This document shows positions 1 through 7,136 of a stretch of 29,301 bases of DNA, in pieces. The stretch spans positions 1 to 29,301 of the forward strand of contig JBKOZM010000138.1 in the NCBI GenBank assembly GCA_046725855.1. The letters are read 5' to 3'. This DNA is from Chloroflexota bacterium. Lineage in GTDB: Bacteria; Chloroflexota; Limnocylindria; QHBO01. Below the pieces are notes generated by a model that was given only the letters and a program-made list of their open reading frames with translations, made no database searches and had not been told where the DNA came from. The translations under genes and the position numbers were made by a program. Every line of letters begins with the position of its first letter. Within the stretch, counting starts at the first letter, position 1.

Positions 1-1848
1 GACGGGGTCACCAAGCTCAGCAAGTTCGGCTCGGCGCGATCCATGGAGGAGCAGCAGGCCGAGAACATCCGGAAGATGTTCCTGGCCATGGCCGAGGACG
101 TGCGGGTGGTCATCATCAAGCTCGCCGACCGGCTGCACAACATGCGCACCCTCCAATTCCTGCCGGAGGAGAAGCAGGCCCGTATCGCGCACCAGACGAT
201 GGAGATCTACGCTCCGCTGGCCCACCGCCTGGGCATGTGGCAGATCAAGTGGGAGCTGGAGGACCTCTCCTTCAAGTACATCGACCCGGAGAAATATCGA
301 CAGCTGGTGGAGATGCTCGCGGACCGTCGCAAGGTCCGCGAGTCGTTCATTAACAAGAGCATCGCCATCTTGCGCAAGGAGCTGGGCAAGGTCGGCATCG
401 AGGCCGATATCTCGGGCCGGCCCAAGCACCTGTACTCCATCGCCAAGAAGATGGAGCGCAAGGGCGTGGAGTTCGACGAGATCTACGACGTCAACGCCAT
501 CCGCGTGCTGGTCGACGAGGTGAAGGACACGTACGCCGCCCTGGGCGTGGTGCATTCCATCTGGCGCCCGGTGCCGGGCCAGTTCGACGACTACATCGCC
601 ATGCCCAAGGCGAACATGTACCAGTCGCTGCACACCGCCGTCATCGGGCCCGATGCCAAGCCGCTCGAGGTCCAGATCCGGACGCGCCAGATGCACGAGG
701 TGGCCGAGGCGGGGATCGCCGCCCACTGGCGCTACAAGGAGGGGTCGCGCGGCGACCGGCGCTACGACGAGAAGCTGGCCTGGGTCCGCCAGCTGATCGA
801 CTGGCAGCGTGAGGTGGCCGACGCCACCGAGTTCGTGGAGGGCCTGAAGCTGGAAGTCTTCCAGGACCAGGTGTTCGTGTTCACCCCCAAGGGCGACGTC
901 AAGGACCTGCCCAACGGAGCCACCCCGCTCGACTTCGCCTACCGGATCCATACCGATGTCGGCCATCGAACCATCGGCGCCAAGGCCAACAACCGATTGG
1001 TGCCGTTGGACTATCGCCTGCGCAACGGCGACATCGTGGAGATCATCACCACCAAGGCCGCGCACGGGCCGTCGCGCGACTGGCTGAACATCGTCCGCAC
1101 CTCGGCGGCGCGCGAGAAGATCCGCCAATGGTTCAAGCGCCAGGAGCGCGACGAGAACATCAGCCAGGGCAAGGAGCTGCTCGATCGCGAGCTGCGACGC
1201 CTGGCCCACGAGACGCTGGCCAGCATCAAGACCGAGAAGCTGACCGAGCTCGCCGCGCAGGCGCACTACAAGGAGCTGGACGACTTCTTCGCCGCCATCG
1301 GCTATGGAGCCATCTCGCCGGCGTCGGTGGTCAGCAAGCTGGAGATCCACGACGACGCGGCGATCACGCTGCCCGAGGTGGCGCCGCCGTCCGCCGCCCC
1401 CTCCTCTGGCGGGGTGCGGGTCAAGGGCGTGGGCGACCTGCTGGTCCGCTTTGCGAACTGCTGCTCGCCGATCCCGGGCGACCCGATCACCGGCTACGTG
1501 ACCCGCGGGAAAGGCGTGACCGTGCATCGGGCCAACTGCCGCTCGGTCCTGTCGGAGCGCGACATCGAGCGGCTGATCGACGTGGAGTGGGAGTCGGTCG
1601 ACCAGCAGACCTACCCGATCACGATCCGGATCGACGCCATGGACCGCCCGGGCCTGCTCAACGAGATCACCAACGTCGTGGCCGAATACAAGGTGAATAT
1701 CGTGGCCGCCTCGATCGGCACGCACCCGGACGGCACGGCGACGATCACGGCAACCTTGAAGGTGACGTCACTCCAGCAGCTCTCCAAGGTGCTGGTCCGG
1801 ATCGAGCGGATCCGCGACATCACCACCGTCACCCGGGAGACCCGTTAG
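1..1848 (+). CDS. relA: Long RelA/SpoT homolog (Rel), (p)ppGpp synthetase/hydrolase; 5' end lies outside the window
   Basis: Frame 1 is open from base 1 (DGVTKLSK...). Motifs: IKLADRLHNMRTL, GRPKHLYSI, YQSLHT, EVQIRT, HWRYK, TGS domain (VFVFTPKG...DFAYRIHT), CC-type zinc motif (FANCCSPIPGD) and a C-terminal ACT domain. Confidence 0.97.
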   Translation, partial: DGVTKLSKFGSARSMEEQQAENIRKMFLAMAEDVRVVIIKLADRLHNMRTLQFLPEEKQARIAHQTMEIYAPLAHRLGMWQIKWELEDLSFKYIDPEKYRQLVEMLADRRKVRESFINKSIAILRKELGKVGIEADISGRPKHLYSIAKKMERKGVEFDEIYDVNAIRVLVDEVKDTYAALGVVHSIWRPVPGQFDDYIAMPKANMYQSLHTAVIGPDAKPLEVQIRTRQMHEVAEAGIAAHWRYKEGSRGDRRYDEKLAWVRQLIDWQREVADATEFVEGLKLEVFQDQVFVFTPKGDVKDLPNGATPLDFAYRIHTDVGHRTIGAKANNRLVPLDYRLRNGDIVEIITTKAAHGPSRDWLNIVRTSAAREKIRQWFKRQERDENISQGKELLDRELRRLAHETLASIKTEKLTELAAQAHYKELDDFFAAIGYGAISPASVVSKLEIHDDAAITLPEVAPPSAAPSSGGVRVKGVGDLLVRFANCCSPIPGDPITGYVTRGKGVTVHRANCRSVLSERDIERLIDVEWESVDQQTYPITIRIDAMDRPGLLNEITNVVAEYKVNIVAASIGTHPDGTATITATLKVTSLQQLSKVLVRIERIRDITTVTRETR

Positions 1849-1884
1849 GCCTGCGTGCCCTGAGGTGCTGCGGTCATTCGCGCT

Positions 1885-2052
1885 AGGGTGCCTTTGAGGC
1901 GCCCGACTTCTCAGGCGCGACTGGCGGCAGCGTTAGAGGCAGTCGCTGGCTGTCTCGCGTGCCCGCTGAGCGTGAAGTGCCCACGGAAGCCGCGATTTCC
2001 GCCGCTAATGCTGCGCTCATTCGCGCTTGATGAGCGGCGTCGCCTCCACCCT
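1885..2052 (+). ncRNA. Candidate structured ncRNA: ~170-nt irregular rod, 6S RNA-like in size and shape, identity unproven
   Basis: Nested stems found by hand: 1885-1890/2047-2052, 1896-1901/2041-2046, 1911-1920/2021-2030, 1927-1936/2005-2014, 1938-1940/2001-2003, 1941-1951/1988-1997, 1958-1961/1982-1985. G-U pairs favour the + strand. Confidence 0.5.
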
Positions 2053-2078
2053 CGCCCAGTGCGCGCGTCAGGCCCCAT

Positions 2079-2116
2079 TTGTGCAGCACAGCCGCACAGC
2101 CGCACAGCCGCACAAC
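2079..2116. repeat. 38-bp element TTGTGCAG-(CACAGCCG)x3-CACAAC, copy 1
   Basis: Three exact 8-bp tandem units with inverted ends TTGTGC/GCACAA; 37/38 identical to 20382-20419. Confidence 0.9.
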
Positions 2117-2161
2117 TTGGGCCGACACCAGGAGGCGCCCTGAGAAACCGAGGTGCGAATC

Positions 2162-2749
2162 GTGGCAGAACCCAGTCGCAAAGCGATTGAAGAGATCCTC
2201 TACCTGATGCGCGAGGCGTTCGAGGGCGCCGGCATCGAGGAATCGGGCGAGAGCCAGGCGCTGCTAACGAACCTGGCGACCGTTCCGGAAGCTCACTGGC
2301 GGGCGATGCCGCCGGGCTTGGACCGCAGCATCGAGTCGATCGTGCTGCACATCGGCTCGTGCAAGGTCATGTACGACGACTACGCCTTCGGCGAGGGAAC
2401 CCTCTTCTGGGATCAGCCCGCCGTGCAGCCCTGGCAGGAAGGCGAGGCTCCCATGGACGAGGCGGTTGCCTGGCTTCGCGAAGCGCACGCCCGACTGGTG
2501 GAGCACGTGACAGCCCTGACCGATGACGACCTCGGCCGCCCGCGACGTGCGAACTGGGGCGAGGATCGGCCGACGCGCTGGCTCATCACCGCCATGATCA
2601 CGCACGACGCCTACCACGCCGGCGAGATCAACCACCTCCGGTCGCTGATGTCAGGCGACGACCGATGGATGTTCGTCCGCGAGACTGAGGGGGAGCGGGT
2701 GCCCGAAGCGCAAGCCAGATCTGGATCGACGCCGCTGCCGCCAGGGTGA
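2162..2749 (+). CDS. DinB/YfiT-like four-helix-bundle protein (DinB superfamily)
   Basis: SIESIVLHIG and ITHDAYHAGEI give the His triad. GTG 2162 follows GAGGT; the track's GTG 2153 is an alternative start. Confidence 0.85.
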   Translation: MAEPSRKAIEEILYLMREAFEGAGIEESGESQALLTNLATVPEAHWRAMPPGLDRSIESIVLHIGSCKVMYDDYAFGEGTLFWDQPAVQPWQEGEAPMDEAVAWLREAHARLVEHVTALTDDDLGRPRRANWGEDRPTRWLITAMITHDAYHAGEINHLRSLMSGDDRWMFVRETEGERVPEAQARSGSTPLPPG

Positions 2750-3866
2750 CCCCCTGGACCCAGACCGCCGGCGGCGTCGCCAGCACGTCCGCGGCCGCCG
2801 GGAAGGTCGGCATCGAGATCGACAGCGACGCGAGGAGGGATGCGGCGAAGGCGGCTGACATCGCCACGTAGGCGGCCAGGCTGGCGCGCGAGGTCGCAGC
2901 CATCGGCACCAGTAGCGCGAGCGCCGGAAACAGGTAGCGCTCGTGGACGCGGGTTGGCAGGAAGTAGAACGCGAACACGATGATGAGGCCCACGGCCAGC
3001 AGCGTTCGCAGGTCGCGGCCGCGGCGGAGGAGCAGCAACGCCGCGGCGACCCCCAGCAGCAGGAGGGCAACGCCGACGACGGCAAACCCATCGTCCGGCA
3101 CCCGATAGCCAAAGGCCAGGGCCCAGGGATTGGGCGCCGATGCTGACACGAACGGCTTGTAGTCCGCGATCCCCATCACGTCCTCGACCAGGCGGATGGG
3201 GTCCAACAACAGCGGCAGCGTAACGGCCAGGTACGCCGCCAGGCCCGCGCCGAGCACGCGCATCGGAGCGGTGCCCCGCCCCGTCGCCCGCCAGTCGAGC
3301 ATCGCCACCGCCACGACGGGCAGCAGTACGAGCCCGAACTGCGGCTTGACGAGGCCCGCCAGCACGGCCAGCGTTGCTGCCAACCCGTATCGCGGGACGG
3401 CCAGCGCCACCAGCGCGGCCAGGAAGAGGAGCGTGCCGGCCGCGTCGACCTGTCCCCACATCGGTCCGGCGATGAGGACGGCCGGGTTGAGCAGGTAGAG
3501 CGCCGCGGCCGCCAGGCCGTGTCCCGGCCCGGTCGGGCCGCGCACAACGAAAAACAGCAGGACGCCAATAGCCAGGTCGAACGGGATCGAGGAGCCCTTG
3601 ATGGCCAGGTCGAGCGCCTCGCCGTCCAACGCGATGCCCAAGGGCCAGTAGAGGTAGAGGAGCGCGGGATAGATGGAGATCGAGTGCGCGTAGAAGCCCC
3701 ACGGCCCGACCTTGGCGAGGAGCTCGGCCCAGCGGTGCATGACCAGCACGTCTCCGCTGTGGCCGTCGAGCCCAAGCGCCCACAGGCGAGCGGCGAGCGA
3801 GAGGGCCAGCAGCGCGACCAGCGCCGCCAGGGTCATTCGCTCTCGACGCACGGTGACCACTCGCAT
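2628..3866 (-). CDS. Polytopic GT-C fold glycosyltransferase (Gpi18/PIG-like mannosyltransferase family)
   Basis: About 10 hydrophobic segments; motifs YLLNPAV..GPMWGQVDA, VKPQ, PTRVHERYLFP. Confidence 0.8.
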   Translation of the reverse strand: MRVVTVRRERMTLAALVALLALSLAARLWALGLDGHSGDVLVMHRWAELLAKVGPWGFYAHSISIYPALLYLYWPLGIALDGEALDLAIKGSSIPFDLAIGVLLFFVVRGPTGPGHGLAAAALYLLNPAVLIAGPMWGQVDAAGTLLFLAALVALAVPRYGLAATLAVLAGLVKPQFGLVLLPVVAVAMLDWRATGRGTAPMRVLGAGLAAYLAVTLPLLLDPIRLVEDVMGIADYKPFVSASAPNPWALAFGYRVPDDGFAVVGVALLLLGVAAALLLLRRGRDLRTLLAVGLIIVFAFYFLPTRVHERYLFPALALLVPMAATSRASLAAYVAMSAAFAASLLASLSISMPTFPAAADVLATPPAVWVQGVTLAAAASIQIWLALRAPAPPQSRGRTSIGRRLTSATGGG

Positions 3867-3872
3867 CGGCGC

Positions 3873-3878
3873 AGGCTA
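3873..3878 (-). promoter_or_regulatory. Putative -10 box TAGCCT, 6 nt before the ATG of the GT-C gene (leaderless)
   Basis: TAnnnT hexamer at leaderless spacing; no Shine-Dalgarno (SD) sequence. Confidence 0.55.
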
Positions 3879-3908
3879 CTGCCGACCGCCGGCCACGGCC
3901 AGCATCGG

Positions 3909-3914
3909 TACACT
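3909..3914 (+). promoter_or_regulatory. Putative -10 box TACACT, 7 nt before the hisS ATG (leaderless)
   Basis: Near-consensus TAnnnT; no SD before ATG 3922. Confidence 0.6.
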
Positions 3915-3921
3915 GCGGCGC

Positions 3922-5187
3922 ATGCCCCGCCAGATCGCTGCGCCGCGTGGCACGCATGACCTGCTGCCGGAGGATGGGGCGGCCTGGGAGCGCCTGGAGG
4001 CGGTGGCACGGGACCTCGCGCGGCGCTACGCCTTCGACCGGGTGGACACGCCACTCTTCGAGCGCATCGATCTCTTCGAGCGTGGCCTGGGCGAGACCTC
4101 CGACGCGGTCGAGAAGGAGATGTTCCGCGTCAGCGGGCCCAGGGGAAGCGAGGAGGAGCGCGCCGAATGGGCGCTCCGTCCGGAGCCCACCGCCGGAATC
4201 GTCCGCTCCTACATCGAGCGCGGCATGCACGTTCGACCCGGCCCGCTGCGGGTCTGGATGCTCGGCCCTATGTTCCGCTATGACCGGCCGCAGGCCGGCC
4301 GCTACCGACAGTTCACGCAGTGGGACGTCGAGGTGCTGGGGGATCCGGGACCGATGGTCGACGTCGAGCTGATCGAGCTCGGGCATCGGTTCTTCGCGGA
4401 GGCAGGCGTGCAGAACGTGGTCGCCCACCTGAACTCGATCGGAGACGGGGTCTGCCGCCCCGGGTACCGGCAGGCGCTGGTCGACTACTTCAGTGGCCAT
4501 GAGGACCGCCTGACCGATGACTCCCGGCGGAGGCTGCAGGTAAACCCGCTGCGGGTCCTGGACGACCGGCTGCTGGACGCTGAGCTGGCCGCCGGCGCGC
4601 CGCGCGCGATCGACCACCTGTGTGACCCCTGCCGCGAGCATTTCGACACGGTGCGCGGGTTGCTCGACGCGCTCGGGCTGCGGTACCAGCTCGACCACCG
4701 GCTGGTGCGCGGCCTGGATTACTACACCCGCACCACGGTCGAGTTCTTCGTGGCTGGGCGGGAGGGCCAACAGCAAGCGCTCGGAGGTGGCGGGCGCTAT
4801 GACGGCCTGGTCGAGGTGCTGGGTGGGCGTCCGACGCCGGGCATCGGCTTCGGGATGGGGATCGACCGCACCGCGATCGCGGCAGAGGAGCAGGGTGTGA
4901 TGCCGCCGGAGCCCACGCCGCTGGTGGCCGTGCTTTCAGCCGACGCGGAGGTGCTCGAGGCGCGGCTGCGGGTGGCCGGCAGGCTGCGAGACGCCGGCCT
5001 GCGGGTCCGGGTCGATGGCAGCACCCGCAAGCTCGGCAAGCAGCTGGAATCTGCGGCGAAGCTCGGCGCTAGGTGGGCGGTGATCGTGGGGGCTGAGCTG
5101 GAACGGGGGAGCGTGATCCTTCGCGACCTGTCGGCCGGGGAGCAGCGCGAGCTGCCGCTGAACGAGGTGGCTGGAGCGCTGAGCTAG
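3922..5187 (+). CDS. hisS: Histidine--tRNA ligase
   Basis: PRGTHDLLP, LRPEPTAG, FRYDRPQAGRYRQF, LVRGLDYYTRT, GGGRYDGL. Start placed at ATG 3922; the track's 3712 start overlaps the divergent gene. Confidence 0.97.
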   Translation: MPRQIAAPRGTHDLLPEDGAAWERLEAVARDLARRYAFDRVDTPLFERIDLFERGLGETSDAVEKEMFRVSGPRGSEEERAEWALRPEPTAGIVRSYIERGMHVRPGPLRVWMLGPMFRYDRPQAGRYRQFTQWDVEVLGDPGPMVDVELIELGHRFFAEAGVQNVVAHLNSIGDGVCRPGYRQALVDYFSGHEDRLTDDSRRRLQVNPLRVLDDRLLDAELAAGAPRAIDHLCDPCREHFDTVRGLLDALGLRYQLDHRLVRGLDYYTRTTVEFFVAGREGQQQALGGGGRYDGLVEVLGGRPTPGIGFGMGIDRTAIAAEEQGVMPPEPTPLVAVLSADAEVLEARLRVAGRLRDAGLRVRVDGSTRKLGKQLESAAKLGARWAVIVGAELERGSVILRDLSAGEQRELPLNEVAGALS

Positions 5188-5218
5188 GTCACCCCCGTCG
5201 GCTACCATTCGGCATCCC

Positions 5219-7003
5219 ATGGCACAGGCCTTCCGGACGCATACCTGCGGCGAGCTGCGCCCCGATCACGTCGGAGAGCGGGTGACGCTGGCCGGCTGGG
5301 TCCACCGCCGGCGCGACCACGGTCACCTGACCTTCCTCGACCTGCGCGACCGCTACGGGATCACCCAGGTAGTGACCAGCGCCGACGAGGTGGGACCTGC
5401 CCACGCGGCTGCCGAGCCGGCCCGTAACGAGTGGGTGGTGCAGGTCGAGGGAGTCGTCCGCCATCGGCCCGAAGGCACCTCCAACGCTGAGCTGGCGACC
5501 GGGGGGATCGAGGTCGCGGTGGATCGGTTCGAGGTCCTCAACCAGAGCAAGGTGCCGCCCTTCTACATCAACGAGGAGCAGCCCGGCCTCGACGAGTCGC
5601 TGCGGCTCACCTACCGGTACCTTGACCTGCGGCGCCCGCCGCTCCAGGGACGGCTGCTCCTGCGCGGCCGCATGGCGGGGGCCATCCGCCGTGCCCTGGA
5701 AGCCTTGGGCTTCGTGGACGTCGAGACGCCGACGCTCATCCGCTCCACGCCGGAAGGCGCGCGTGACTTCATCGTGCCTAGCCGGCTGCAGCCCGGCACC
5801 TTCTACGCGCTGCCCCAGTCACCCCAGGTGCTCAAGCAGCTGCTGATGGTGGCCGGCTTCGACCGCTACTACCAGCTCGCGCGCTGCTGGCGCGACGAGG
5901 ACTTCCGCGCCGACCGTGGGCCGGAGTTCACCCAGATCGACATCGAGATGAGCTTCGTCAAGGCCGAGGACGTGATGACGGTCGTCGAGGAGATGGTCAT
6001 CACCGTCACGCGCGAGATCCTGCCCGAGCGCTCGCTGCTGGCGACGCCGTTCCCGCGCCTCACCTACGAGGAGGCGTTGGGCCGATACGGATCGGACAAG
6101 CCGGACCTGCGCTTCGGGATGGAGCTGGTCGACCTGGGCGAGGCGGTTGCCGGCGTGGAGTTCCGGGTCTTCGCCGAGCCACTGACGGCCGGTGGGGCCG
6201 TGCTCGGCATCCGCGTCCCGGGACAGGGCGACTACTCGCGGCGCCAGCTCGACGAGCTGACCGAGCTCGCCCAGCGTCACGGCGCCAAGGGCCTGGTCCA
6301 CCTCTCGGTGGCGACCGATGGCTCCCTCCACGGACCGGCGGCCAAGTTCCTGGACTTGACGCAGAGTGCGGCGCTCATCGAGGCCACCGGCGCCGAGCCC
6401 GGCGACCTGCTTCTCATCGTGGCCGACACCGATCGCATCGTGGCCGCCGAGGCCCTCGGCCGGCTGCGCCTGGAGATGGGCGAGCGCCTGGGACTGCGTG
6501 ACCCAAACACGCTGGCCTACCTCTGGGTCTATCCCTTCCCGATGTTCAAGTGGGACGCCGAGCTCAACCGCTGGGACGCGACCCACAACCCGTTCAGCGC
6601 GCCCCTCTGGGAGGAGGAGGCTCGCCTGGAGACCGATCCGGGATCGGTCCACGCTCAGCAGTACGACCTGGTCCTCAATGGCTGGGAGCTGGGAGGTGGC
6701 AGCGTGCGGATCCATCGGCGCGACCTCCTGGAGCGCGCCTTCGCGCTGATGGGCCACACCATCGAGGGCATGCGCGACCAGTTCGGCGCGCTGCTCGACG
6801 CGCTCGAGTACGGCGCACCGCCGCACGGCGGGATCGCCATCGGGCTGGACCGATGGGCGGCCCTGTTCGCCGAGCAGGACAACATCCGGGAGGTGACCGC
6901 TTTCCCGAAGACGCAGTCCGGCAGCGACCTGATGATGGACGCCCCCTCACCCGTCGCTCCGACGCAGCTCGACGAGCTGGGGCTGCGGATCGTGGAGAAG
7001 TAG
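5219..7003 (+). CDS. aspS: Aspartate--tRNA ligase, bacterial type with GAD domain; possibly non-discriminating
   Basis: FRTHTCGELR, RRDHG, LRLTYRYLDLR, ALPQSPQ, RDED.RADR.PEFTQ, YGAPPHGGIAIGLDR, FPKT. His in RDHG is typical of non-discriminating enzymes. Confidence 0.97.
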   Translation: MAQAFRTHTCGELRPDHVGERVTLAGWVHRRRDHGHLTFLDLRDRYGITQVVTSADEVGPAHAAAEPARNEWVVQVEGVVRHRPEGTSNAELATGGIEVAVDRFEVLNQSKVPPFYINEEQPGLDESLRLTYRYLDLRRPPLQGRLLLRGRMAGAIRRALEALGFVDVETPTLIRSTPEGARDFIVPSRLQPGTFYALPQSPQVLKQLLMVAGFDRYYQLARCWRDEDFRADRGPEFTQIDIEMSFVKAEDVMTVVEEMVITVTREILPERSLLATPFPRLTYEEALGRYGSDKPDLRFGMELVDLGEAVAGVEFRVFAEPLTAGGAVLGIRVPGQGDYSRRQLDELTELAQRHGAKGLVHLSVATDGSLHGPAAKFLDLTQSAALIEATGAEPGDLLLIVADTDRIVAAEALGRLRLEMGERLGLRDPNTLAYLWVYPFPMFKWDAELNRWDATHNPFSAPLWEEEARLETDPGSVHAQQYDLVLNGWELGGGSVRIHRRDLLERAFALMGHTIEGMRDQFGALLDALEYGAPPHGGIAIGLDRWAALFAEQDNIREVTAFPKTQSGSDLMMDAPSPVAPTQLDELGLRIVEK

Positions 7004-7124
7004 CGGCCGGTAGTGATGGGGCGCTCGAGCGGCTGCAACGGCCACGCACGGCCGCGCGTCTGAACCGCCGATGGGCACCGCAAGCCGCGACTCGAGGGGC
7101 GTTGGGTTGACGCACCGCTCAGGC

Positions 7125-7130
7125 TAGACT
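7125..7130 (+). promoter_or_regulatory. Putative -10 box TAGACT, 6 nt before the GTG of the LCP gene (leaderless)
   Basis: TAnnnT at leaderless spacing; no SD. Confidence 0.55.
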
Positions 7131-7136
7131 GCCGCC

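Noticed and set aside
2066-2086. SRP RNA helix-8-like string GTCAGG...GCAGC
   Set aside because: The intervening bases do not form the paired GNRA-capped hairpin (no GGAA/GGAAG core).
2079-2116. CRISPR array
   Set aside because: 8-bp units with no spacers and no cas genes.
1888-2190. 100-aa ORF (and antisense 81-aa and 64-aa ORFs) across the rel-dinB gap
   Set aside because: No motifs, no SD, atypical composition; the region is better explained by RNA structure and the repeat.
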